Positions 18,722-27,503 of a DNA stretch of 64,000 nucleotides are shown piece after piece (position 1 is the first letter of the stretch; each line of letters starts with the position of its first letter). The DNA is from Deltaproteobacteria bacterium. GTDB lineage: Bacteria; Myxococcota_A; Polyangia; Polyangiales; Houyiibacteriaceae. The notes under the pieces were generated by a model. It made no database searches. It saw nothing but the letters and a program-made list of their open reading frames with translations, and had not been told where the DNA came from. The position numbers and the translations under genes are program-made. Location of the stretch: contig JAXMNT010000021.1 in NCBI GenBank assembly GCA_034670305.1, forward strand, positions 32,001 to 96,000. Direction: 5' to 3'.

Positions 18722-19618
18722 ATGACTCGATTGAACAAACACACGGTGCGCACCGCACTGGCCGCCCTGACCACCCTGACCACTTTGGCGATGGGGGTCG
18801 GCTGCTCCGACAGCGACCCATCCAGCGACACCCGCACCCTGACCCAGAGTTTCGCGGGCCTGGACGTGCTCGGGGCCGACTTCGTCTACGAAGGCTGGAT
18901 CATCGTAGACGGCGCGCCGGTGTCGACTGGGCGCTTCAACGTGGATGCCGACGGCAACCCGACGACCGCCGCGCCCACGATGCCCGCCGCCATGGTGGAC
19001 TCGGCCACGACCTTCATCCTCACGATCGAGCCCGCGGTCGGAGACGACCCCGCGCCCTCCGCGGTCCATGTGTTGGCAGGGGATCTGAGCGGCGGCGTCG
19101 CCAGCCTCACCGTCGCGCACGGCGCGGCGCTCGCCACCGACTTCGCGTCGGCCGAAGGCCAGTTCATCCTGGAGACCCCGAGCAGCGCGGCACCCGAGGA
19201 CTACAACCAGGGCATCTGGTGGCTCGTGCCGGGCGATGCGCCTTCGGCGGGCCTGACCCTGCCGGCTTTGGCCGACGGGTGGGCGTACGAAGGCTGGGTC
19301 GTGGGCAGCGACGGTCCCGTCTCGACCGGCACCTTCACGGTGGCCGCCGGCGCAGACTCCGACCTCGCCGGTGCAACCGGTGGTCCCGATGGCGATGGAC
19401 CGCCTTTCCCGGGCCAGGACTTCATCACGCCCGCCGTCTCGCTCCTCGGCCAGACCGCAGTGATCAGCGTCGAGCCGGTGCCGGACACCAGCGCCGCGCC
19501 CTTCGCCCTCAAGCCGCTTGTTCTCATGGACATCCAGGACGTCATGGCGCCCACCACGCAGTTCATGAGCAACAACGCCGCCGCGACCAACCCGACCGGC
19601 GTCGCGATGTTCGAGTAA
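18722..19618 (+). CDS. Lipoprotein with a duplicated YEGW domain (RskA/anti-sigma-K C-terminal-like annotation)
   Basis: Lipobox GVGC; repeats VYEGWIIVDGAPVSTGRF and AYEGWVVGSDGPVSTGTF; ILTIEP and VISVEP; SD-like GGGGAG upstream. Confidence 0.7.
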   Translation: MTRLNKHTVRTALAALTTLTTLAMGVGCSDSDPSSDTRTLTQSFAGLDVLGADFVYEGWIIVDGAPVSTGRFNVDADGNPTTAAPTMPAAMVDSATTFILTIEPAVGDDPAPSAVHVLAGDLSGGVASLTVAHGAALATDFASAEGQFILETPSSAAPEDYNQGIWWLVPGDAPSAGLTLPALADGWAYEGWVVGSDGPVSTGTFTVAAGADSDLAGATGGPDGDGPPFPGQDFITPAVSLLGQTAVISVEPVPDTSAAPFALKPLVLMDIQDVMAPTTQFMSNNAAATNPTGVAMFE

Positions 19619-19628
19619 GCACCTGTCT

Positions 19629-19660
19629 CTCTGTCCCTCGGCAAGCGCGGAGGGGCAGAG
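19629..19660 (+). terminator. Hairpin between the lipoprotein gene and the WYL cluster
   Basis: CTCTGTCCCTC...GAGGGGCAGAG 11-bp stem with one G-U pair; no U-tract. Confidence 0.35.
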
Positions 19661-19703
19661 AATCCGTGTGAAGTCCGGTCCCCCGTACTACGCTCGGCGC
19701 GCC

Positions 19704-20720
19704 ATGGACCGGCTCGAGCGACTACTGGACCTCGTACATGTGCTCCAGACAGCGCGTGAACCGGTCCCCTTGAGTGCGATCAAGGAGCGGTTCCCGGACT
19801 ACGACGACGGCGCGGAAGAGTCGATGCGCCGCAAGTTCGAACGCGACAAGGCGGAGCTGGCGCGCATCGGCATCATGCTCCGGTACGTGGACGACGAAGA
19901 CCTCGGCACCGGCTACAGCGTCGACACCGAGGCGTCGTACCTTCCGGCGATCACCCTCGACGAAGCGGAGCGGGCGGTGCTCGCGACCGCCGCCCAGGCC
20001 GCGCTCTCGGACTCCGGTTTTCCGCACCGCCGCCCCCTGCGGCTCGCGCTCGCCAAACTCGGCGCCGCCCCGGAAGAAGATGCACACGCAGCGGTGCAGA
20101 TGAGCCACGGGGCGCCCGATGCCCTCGAAGACCACGGTCGCGTCGAGTCGCTCGGCGAAGCGCTGACCACCCGCAAGCGGGTGAAGATTCAGTACCGCAA
20201 ACCGGGCGCCAACGACGCGACCGAACGCGAGGTCGACCCCTACGGGCTCTTCCTGCGCCGCGGTGCCTGGTACCTGGTGGCGTTCGACCACCGCACCCGA
20301 GAGGTGCGCATGTTCCGCCTCTCCCGCATCGAGGACGCGGTGGTCAACACCAAGAAGCCGGGCACGCCGGACTTCGAGGTTCCGTCGAGTTTCGATCTGG
20401 CCGCGATGATGCAGACGTCGCCGCTCGAGTACCACGTGCACGAACGGCTCGCGGTGAAGATCCGGGTCGACCCGGACGTCGCGTTTCTGGTGGAACGTTC
20501 GTGGGGAAGCCCGGACGCCGATGGGGTCTTCCACGTCGAGACGACCTACCTCGACTACCTCGTCGACCAGGTGATTCGGCTCGGCCTACGCGCCGAGATC
20601 CTCTCGCCCCCCGAGGCGCGCGAAGCCATCGGTGCGGCGCTGCGCAAGGTCGCCAAAGCGCACGGGGTGCCCACCGGCGAGATGATCGAAGACGGCTTCG
20701 ATTGGGGCATGGGATTTTGA
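19704..20720 (+). CDS. pafB: HTH-WYL-WCX transcriptional regulator, PafB-like
   Basis: MDRLERLLDL, RRKFERDKAELARIGI (PafB signature), REVDPYGL...WYLVAFD...RMFRLSRI. Confidence 0.85.
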   Translation: MDRLERLLDLVHVLQTAREPVPLSAIKERFPDYDDGAEESMRRKFERDKAELARIGIMLRYVDDEDLGTGYSVDTEASYLPAITLDEAERAVLATAAQAALSDSGFPHRRPLRLALAKLGAAPEEDAHAAVQMSHGAPDALEDHGRVESLGEALTTRKRVKIQYRKPGANDATEREVDPYGLFLRRGAWYLVAFDHRTREVRMFRLSRIEDAVVNTKKPGTPDFEVPSSFDLAAMMQTSPLEYHVHERLAVKIRVDPDVAFLVERSWGSPDADGVFHVETTYLDYLVDQVIRLGLRAEILSPPEAREAIGAALRKVAKAHGVPTGEMIEDGFDWGMGF

Positions 20721-21703
20721 GTCGCCTCGACCAAGAGCTCACTCGGTTTCTGTTTCTGGTGCCGTACGTCGCGCAGCACGAAGACGGTGTGCCGACCGCC
20801 GAGCTCTGCGAACAGCTCAGCTGTACGCCGAGCGAACTGCGACGCCTGGTCGAGCGGGTGGCGTTGGTCGGCACACCCGATGGCGCACCGGACGAGCTCG
20901 TCGAGATCTACCTCGAAGGGGACCGGGTCTTCGTCGCGTTGCCTCAGCGGTTCACGCGTCCGCCCCGGTTCACGGTCCAGGAGATGCTCGCGCTGCTCCT
21001 GGCGCTCGCCCCACTGCGGGACGCGCCGCTTCCGTCGTTGCAGCAACAGGCCGAAGAGTTGAGTCAGCGGCTCGTCGGGCTGGCGAGCGAACGCGCCACC
21101 GAAGTGGCGCCGGCATTGCTCGATCGGGTGGTGATCCACGCCGACGGCGCAGAGCAGCCGGCCCATCTTCGCGATCTGGAAGTCGCGGTCCGCGACCGCA
21201 CCTGGGTCGACGCGGTCTACTACACCGCGGGCCGCGACCAGTTGACCACCCGGCGACTCGCGCCGATCGGTCTGTTGCAAGTGCGCGGCGCTTGGTACGT
21301 GGTGGCGGCCGACGAAGCCAAACGCGGACCGACCGCGACCAAGACGTTCAAGGTGGAGCGGTTCCGCTCGCTCGCGCTCAGCGACGCAACGTTCGATGCG
21401 TTCGAGGTCGACCTCGGCCTCATCCGCCGGCGGCTCGAGGCGCGCGATCTCCAGGGCGCCAAGAGCGAAGACGTGCGCGTCGAACTCGATGGCCGCGAGC
21501 GCACCTTTCCCACCGGGTCCACCCACACCATGCGCCGCTGGATCCGCAGCTTGCGCGGACGCGGGGTGATCCTAGGCCCGAGCAGCGTGCGGGAAGAAAT
21601 GCGACGGGAGCTGCGTTCGTTGGTCGAGCGCTACGCCGATGCGGACGGGCGTTCGAGAGAATCGGTTTCGCAGGCCCAGGCGACAGAACAGGACGACGCG
21701 TGA
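20717..21703 (+). CDS. pafC: HTH-WYL regulator, PafC-like
   Basis: TTG start overlapping the upstream stop; RFLFLVPYV...VGTPDGAPDELVEI (PafC-like), RRLAPIGL...AWYV...TFKVERF. Confidence 0.8.
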   Translation: MSRLDQELTRFLFLVPYVAQHEDGVPTAELCEQLSCTPSELRRLVERVALVGTPDGAPDELVEIYLEGDRVFVALPQRFTRPPRFTVQEMLALLLALAPLRDAPLPSLQQQAEELSQRLVGLASERATEVAPALLDRVVIHADGAEQPAHLRDLEVAVRDRTWVDAVYYTAGRDQLTTRRLAPIGLLQVRGAWYVVAADEAKRGPTATKTFKVERFRSLALSDATFDAFEVDLGLIRRRLEARDLQGAKSEDVRVELDGRERTFPTGSTHTMRRWIRSLRGRGVILGPSSVREEMRRELRSLVERYADADGRSRESVSQAQATEQDDA

Positions 21704-23352
21704 GCGAACCCCAACAGATGCTTCTGGCCGCGGTCGTCGCGTGCGCCGAACGCGCTGGCGACGCACTCCGCTCGGGCGGCGCCCCGGCCGATCTCATCTC
21801 GGAACTGAGCCAACTCGACAGCCACACGGTTCAGCCCACCGGCACCTGGCGGGTCTCCGTCCCCGAGACCGCCACCCGTGGCCGCGCAATCACGATCACC
21901 CTGCAGAACGACGACGAGGTGACCCTCTCGGTCGTGCATGCACCGACCTGGCCCGACAACCGCGGCACCACGTTCGCGTGGGCCGTCGGTCAAGGCGCCA
22001 CCCGCGATGGCCAGGCGTTGCTGCCGCAACCCAAACGAGACCTGGACCGATCGGTGGTGTTCGTTCCGCCGAGTGGCGACCGCGCGCCACGCGAGACCAC
22101 CGCGAGGGTCGCGCCCGCGCGCTTCGTGACCTGCGCGGACGGCTCGCTTCGGCTCTGCCGGGTGGCGAGCGGCGAAGGGGTCGCCGCCGTCCACGACCCC
22201 CGCCGCGACCGCGCGGGCCAGGCGATCCTTGAAGCGGTGCGTGGCTCGCGCGCCCCACTTCGGTTCTCGGACTGGCCCCCCCTCGAAGCGGAGGTCGCGT
22301 TTGCCCCGCTGCAGATCCACCCGGAGGAAGCGCCGGTCGTGCGCGACGCCGGCACGCTCGACCGCGCGGTGGGCTGCTGGTTCGCGCAGCTCGCCGGCGA
22401 TTCCCTCGGCAGCCTGGTCGAGTTCCAGAGCCCAAAGCGCATCCTGGAGAAGTACCCCGAGGGCGTCCGGGATCTCGCCGATGGCGGCACCTTCAACACC
22501 ATCGCCGGCCAGCCCACCGACGACTCCGAGATGGCGCTCGCCATGGCGCGCAGCGTGGTGCGGCTCGGCCACTACGACGCGGCGGCGGTGCTCGACGCCT
22601 ACGCCGATTGGTACGACTCACGCCCCTTCGACATCGGCAACACCGTCGGCGCAGCGCTGCGTGCGGCCACCGCGGCGAGGCGGGAAGGGCGGCCCATGAT
22701 CCCGGCCGTACAACGCGCCGCGAGCCAGACCAGTCAAGCGAACGGCGCGCTCATGCGGCTCGCGCCCTTGGCGATCTTCGCGTCCCAGGCGGACCCGGAC
22801 GTGGTCGCCAGACTCGCGCGTCAGGACGCGTCGCTCACCCATCCGCACGCCGCCTGCCAAGACGCCAACGTGCTCTTCGCGATGACCATCGCGCATGCGA
22901 TCCGGGTGGGCTGCTCCGCCGAAGCGACCTTCGCGTTCGCGGTGCAGTTGTCCCACGACCTGAACCTGAACGAAGTGGTGCAGGGCGCGCTCGCGGATGC
23001 GGAGGAATCGCCGCCGGCCGACTTCCAGCATCAGATGGGCTGGCTGCGCATCGCGCTGCAGAATGCGTTCTACCAGCTGCTGCATCAGCCGAGCCTCGAG
23101 CAAGCGCTGGTGGACACCGTCGGCGGCGGCGGCGACACGGACACCAACGCGTGCATCGCGGGTGCGCTGCTCGGTGCGGTGCATGGCCGCGGCCAGGTGC
23201 CGATTCGGTGGCAGTCGCGGGTGCTGGCGTGCCGGCCCCTCGAAGGGTTGCCTGGGGTGCGCAAAGCCCGTCCCCGCTGGCTCTGGCCATGCGACGCCGA
23301 AGCGCTTGCAGAACGTCTGCTGAGGGCTGGCGAACAGTTCGCCCGCACCTGA
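21700..23352 (+). CDS. ADP-ribosylglycohydrolase (DraG/ARH family) with an N-terminal degenerate inositol-monophosphatase-like domain
   Basis: GTG start overlaps the upstream stop; ARH motifs AGDSLGSLVEF, GQPTDDSEMA, PFDIGNT, SQANGALMR, LTHPH, GGDTDTNACIAGALLGA; N-terminal VVHAP...TFAWAVGQG and LRLCRVASG are IMPase-like. Confidence 0.88.
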   Translation: MSEPQQMLLAAVVACAERAGDALRSGGAPADLISELSQLDSHTVQPTGTWRVSVPETATRGRAITITLQNDDEVTLSVVHAPTWPDNRGTTFAWAVGQGATRDGQALLPQPKRDLDRSVVFVPPSGDRAPRETTARVAPARFVTCADGSLRLCRVASGEGVAAVHDPRRDRAGQAILEAVRGSRAPLRFSDWPPLEAEVAFAPLQIHPEEAPVVRDAGTLDRAVGCWFAQLAGDSLGSLVEFQSPKRILEKYPEGVRDLADGGTFNTIAGQPTDDSEMALAMARSVVRLGHYDAAAVLDAYADWYDSRPFDIGNTVGAALRAATAARREGRPMIPAVQRAASQTSQANGALMRLAPLAIFASQADPDVVARLARQDASLTHPHAACQDANVLFAMTIAHAIRVGCSAEATFAFAVQLSHDLNLNEVVQGALADAEESPPADFQHQMGWLRIALQNAFYQLLHQPSLEQALVDTVGGGGDTDTNACIAGALLGAVHGRGQVPIRWQSRVLACRPLEGLPGVRKARPRWLWPCDAEALAERLLRAGEQFART

Positions 23353-23353
23353 C

Positions 23354-25618
23354 GTGTCCTTCGACCCTCACGCGTTTCAGACCACCGACGTCGACGCGAT
23401 CGATGCCGCGCTCGCCAAGCTGAGCGCGTGGCCCGCCGAGTTCGGGTCACCGGTGGTGCGTGGCGGCATGATCGACCTGCATCGCCACCGGCTCGGCTCC
23501 GCCGCCCGGTTGGTCGCACACCGTCTGCTGCTCACGTCCGTCCCGGTGGGCGAGGCGCTGCAGTCGTACGCCCCGATGGTGAGCCGACTCGAACTCTCGC
23601 CGGGCTGGTCTTGGCGCGGCGTGTCGCTCGACGCGCTTCGCGAAGTCTTGACCGTGGTGTTGCACGACGCCGGCGACTCGGCGCGTTCGGAAGGTGTGCC
23701 CCGCACGGACCCGAATCCGCTGAAGGCGCTGCCGCGCCTCTCTCGCCTGCACCTGGTCGCGGCGTGGCCCGAGGTCGATCTCAGCGGCTTCGCGCACGTC
23801 ACCGAACTCACGCTCGAGAAGCACGCCACGATGCTCGTCCCGGCGCAGGTGCCGCCCGAGTTGCGGGTGCTGCGGCTGCGTCACCTGGAGGACGCCGACG
23901 TCGATCTCGCTTCGGTCCCGGGACTGCGTTTGATCGAGCTTCGTAGTTCGCCGCGCACCGTGCTCGAAGGGCTGCCGGCGCTCGAACACCTCGTCGTCTG
24001 CCAAACCTTCGGCGGTCCGCGCGCGCTACGCACCACCGAGCGCTTGCCCGCGGGTCTGGAGACGCTGGCGATGTACGTCGACGACGCGGACCGGCTGCCG
24101 GGGTTGCTCGCGGGTGTGCCGAACCTGCGCAGGCTCTCCGTCCGGAACACCGACGCGCTGCAGGTCGGCAGTCTGCCGAACCTCGAGTCGTTCTCGGCGC
24201 TCAAGTGCACGTTCGCGCAAGGGCTCGGCAACCAGCCTGCGCTGACCTCGTTGCGGCTTCGTTCGTGCCGCGGCGAAGCGCTCCGCGGCGGCTCCTTCCC
24301 GAAGTTGCGCCGGCTGGAGCTCGACGACTGCGACCTGCGCACCCTCGATGGCTGCGCCGGCGTGCCGCTCGAAGAGGTCGTGATCCAGAAGTGCCATTCG
24401 CTGAAGGACGTCTCCGCGATCGGCAAGGCGCCCCTCCAGAAGGTCGTGATCGAAGCCTGCAGCGACCTCCGCAGCGGCTCCGGGCTCGCGAAGGTTCCGC
24501 CGGGCCAGCTCACGCTCCGGCAAACCGGCGTGGACACCGACGACCCCGCGCTCGCGTCGGCGCTCGGCCGCAGAGCGCACGTCAAACGCCACCATCAGAA
24601 ACCGAAGCCGCTCAAGGGCGCGGGCCGGACCCGCCTCTCGCGCATTCGGAAGTTGCTCGGCCACAACCTCGCCTCGGCGCGCAGCGGCGTCGAACTCTTG
24701 CGTGCGCTCGACGACGACGTGGTCGCCGACGCGCTCTTGCTCGGCGTCGAGTTCGACGAAGACGCGCTCCTGCCGGGCTACGTCTTGCACCGAGTGCGGG
24801 CCGGACACCGGACCTTCATCACCCGCGAGGTGGTCGCGTTCCTCCCTCAGGCCGAAGCGCTGCGGGCCCAGGTCGACGCGCTCGACGTGACACCGACCCC
24901 AGGGGTGAAGGACGACCTGCGCGCGCTCTGCCAGTTCCCGAACCTGCAGCGTCTGGTGGTCCGCGTCACCGCGCCGTTCGCGACCGGACCCGACGACTGG
25001 CCCGCGCTCCCCGGACTCGAGTCGCTCGAACTCCGCGACGTCCACCACCCCGTCGTGCTCGCGCGCATGCCGAAGCTCGAGCGGCTGCGGGTGGTCGGTG
25101 CCCGGGTGCCGGTCTCCCTCGTGGACACCGCGCTCGAGGAACTCGAACTGGTCGGCCCCCACATGCCGCTCATGGATCTGGTGAAGCAGACCAAGGTGAA
25201 GTCGCTCGTCCTGCGCGACGCCTGTGAGTTGACCGGGTTCGCGCATGGGGCGCTCGAACGCGTGGTGGCCTCCGGCGAAGGGGTGGTCGCGGGTCGGCCG
25301 CTCTCCGAGTTGCCGAGTCTGCGCCACCTCGATCTCGTCGATGCCCGCGGCATCGGCAACGCGGCCGGCCTGTTCGCCCTGCCGAAGCTCGAGTGGCTGT
25401 CGCTCCCGCCGCCGCAGTCGCCGGCGGACCGCGGCGGGCTGCGGGAGGTGTCGGCGTCGCTCCGGCACCTGACGCTGCGTGGCTGGGACCTCAACCGCGA
25501 CGACTACGTGGGTCTGGAAGCGAGCGGTATCGAGACCCTGACGCTCCGCGAGATGCCCCACGCCTTCGCGGCGTTGCCCGATGGGCTCCGCGCCCGGACG
25601 GTGATCGAAACGAACTGA
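23354..25618 (+). CDS. Leucine-rich repeat protein with two LRR modules
   Basis: Many LxxLxL repeats (VPNLRRLSV, FPKLRRLELDDC, FPNLQRLVV, LPSLRHLDL); starts 1 nt after the ARH stop. Confidence 0.8.
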   Translation: MSFDPHAFQTTDVDAIDAALAKLSAWPAEFGSPVVRGGMIDLHRHRLGSAARLVAHRLLLTSVPVGEALQSYAPMVSRLELSPGWSWRGVSLDALREVLTVVLHDAGDSARSEGVPRTDPNPLKALPRLSRLHLVAAWPEVDLSGFAHVTELTLEKHATMLVPAQVPPELRVLRLRHLEDADVDLASVPGLRLIELRSSPRTVLEGLPALEHLVVCQTFGGPRALRTTERLPAGLETLAMYVDDADRLPGLLAGVPNLRRLSVRNTDALQVGSLPNLESFSALKCTFAQGLGNQPALTSLRLRSCRGEALRGGSFPKLRRLELDDCDLRTLDGCAGVPLEEVVIQKCHSLKDVSAIGKAPLQKVVIEACSDLRSGSGLAKVPPGQLTLRQTGVDTDDPALASALGRRAHVKRHHQKPKPLKGAGRTRLSRIRKLLGHNLASARSGVELLRALDDDVVADALLLGVEFDEDALLPGYVLHRVRAGHRTFITREVVAFLPQAEALRAQVDALDVTPTPGVKDDLRALCQFPNLQRLVVRVTAPFATGPDDWPALPGLESLELRDVHHPVVLARMPKLERLRVVGARVPVSLVDTALEELELVGPHMPLMDLVKQTKVKSLVLRDACELTGFAHGALERVVASGEGVVAGRPLSELPSLRHLDLVDARGIGNAAGLFALPKLEWLSLPPPQSPADRGGLREVSASLRHLTLRGWDLNRDDYVGLEASGIETLTLREMPHAFAALPDGLRARTVIETN

Positions 25619-25686
25619 AGCAGCGACGGGCGCGACCCGCCACTCTCCCGAAGACCCGCAGCGCCAAGAGAACGTATCCTCGCGCC

Positions 25687-27465
25687 ATGGGGACTTTGAA
25701 AAAGGTGTTGGGTGCGCCGGCGGACCTCGGGGTCCGGCGCGCCTACGGGGCGGCGCTCGAGAAGAAGAAGCAGCCGCTCGGCACGTTCGTCCGGCTGCAG
25801 TGCGACGCCGAGGAAGCCACCGGCGACGCGCAGCGGCTGCTCCAACGCGAGGCTTGGGATCTGGCGCGCGAACACGAACGGGACTGGCTCGCGCCGCTCT
25901 TCGAGATCCCCTCGGTCGGCGCGGTGCAGCGCCAGCCGCTCTTCGAGCAGCGGCGCGGACTCGTCGAACACCTGAACGTGCACGAAGACGTGGTCGACGA
26001 CTTCGATGCGATCTGTGAACGCGCGCCGGTGGTGAGTGTCTCCGGCCGCATCCACGACCACAAACAGGCCGCGCGGTTTCTGGAGCTGGCGGACTCGAAA
26101 CACATCGACCAGGTCCACACGCTCCGGCTCAACGGCAACCACACGAAGCTCCTGTTCGAGCTCGCGCGGCGCAAGCGACCGCTCGCGTTGCGCACGGTGG
26201 TGGTGAACGTGGATGCGGCGGCGGACTTCGACGCACTCGCGGCCTGGGATGCGTTCGAGGGAATCGAGTCGCTCGAGATCTTCTGCGGCAATACGGACGT
26301 GGCGACGTCGCTCGTGGCCTGGATCGGCGCCGCGGGGTTCGCGAAGCTGCACACGCTGAAGTTGAACATGCCGCTCTCGAAGAAGACGGTGGCCCCGCTG
26401 GTGGCGGCCGAACTTCCCGCGCTGCGGCACTTCGCACTGCGCCGCGCACCGCTCAAAGCGGCCGGCACGAAGGCGCTCGCGAAGGCGGCGTGGCTCGGCC
26501 AGCTCGAGTCGCTGGAGATCAAGACCTGCGACCCAGGCACCGCGATCACCGAGCTGCTCAAACCGGCGACCCAGCTGTCGACGCTGATGGTCGGGGGACC
26601 GGGCGGTCTGACGGCGAAGTCGATGCCGCTGTTCATGGAGGCGCTCGGTGGCTTGAAGAAGCTTCGCTCGCTCTCGATCGCCGGCAACGCCCTCCGTCAC
26701 AAGGGCGCGGACGCGTTCGTCGCGGGCGCCAAATCCGTGAAGGACCTCGAGGTGCTCGACCTCTGCGGCCTCGCGATCAAGGACGTTGGCGCGAAGGCGC
26801 TCGCGACCGCCTCGCTCCCGAAGCTGACCAGTCTCGACTTGAGCCAGAATGGGATCGGGGCACCGGGCATGGACGCGCTCGCACAGAGTGGCTTCTTCGC
26901 GCGCATCCGGGACCTCAACCTCGCGACGAACAAGTTCCAGAACAAGGGCGCGCTCGCGTTCGCCAAAGCGCCGAAGCTCGCGCTCGAGTCGCTCACGCTC
27001 TCGTACAACTGGATGGGCAAGTCGGGGCTGGCGGCCATCCTGAACCACGCGGGCGTGCGCGGGCTGCGCACGCTGCGCGCGGGCGAGAACAACTACCAAG
27101 AAGCGCCGCTCGAGGAACTGGCGAAGAGCGCGGTTCGACTCGAGTCGCTCTCCTGCCGGGACGCCACCGTCGAGTCGGTGGACGCTTTCTGCAACTCCGA
27201 CGCCGGGACCGAGTTGCGCTGGTGGACGCTCCGCATGGTGCCGACGCGGACGAAACAGGTCGAGGTGGAAGCAGCACTCGATCGGGTGATCGCCGCTCCG
27301 AAGCTCGAGAACCTGATCGACTTCCAGACCGGAACCTGGAAACTCGGCGCCGAGGTGTTCGGCCGCCTCCGCCGCCGGTTCGGCCACCGCATCCACGCCC
27401 CGATCGACACCCAGCCGCACCTGCGCGACGCCCCCATCGAGCCCCGCATCCGCCCCGGCGACTGA
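25687..27465 (+). CDS. TIGR02996-like N-terminal domain plus LRR protein (paralog 1)
   Basis: VLGAPADLGVRRAYGAALE...FVRLQC; RI-like LRRs (LTSLDLSQNGIG, LNLATNKF); TATCCT 6 nt upstream. Confidence 0.85.
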   Translation: MGTLKKVLGAPADLGVRRAYGAALEKKKQPLGTFVRLQCDAEEATGDAQRLLQREAWDLAREHERDWLAPLFEIPSVGAVQRQPLFEQRRGLVEHLNVHEDVVDDFDAICERAPVVSVSGRIHDHKQAARFLELADSKHIDQVHTLRLNGNHTKLLFELARRKRPLALRTVVVNVDAAADFDALAAWDAFEGIESLEIFCGNTDVATSLVAWIGAAGFAKLHTLKLNMPLSKKTVAPLVAAELPALRHFALRRAPLKAAGTKALAKAAWLGQLESLEIKTCDPGTAITELLKPATQLSTLMVGGPGGLTAKSMPLFMEALGGLKKLRSLSIAGNALRHKGADAFVAGAKSVKDLEVLDLCGLAIKDVGAKALATASLPKLTSLDLSQNGIGAPGMDALAQSGFFARIRDLNLATNKFQNKGALAFAKAPKLALESLTLSYNWMGKSGLAAILNHAGVRGLRTLRAGENNYQEAPLEELAKSAVRLESLSCRDATVESVDAFCNSDAGTELRWWTLRMVPTRTKQVEVEAALDRVIAAPKLENLIDFQTGTWKLGAEVFGRLRRRFGHRIHAPIDTQPHLRDAPIEPRIRPGD

Positions 27466-27503
27466 AGGCATCCGCGCTTCCGAGGGCTTGGTATCTTCGC
27501 TTC

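Noticed and set aside
19704-21703. Pup-proteasome (paf) operon
   Set aside because: No pafA, pup, dop or prc genes in the window; only the WYL regulator pair is present.
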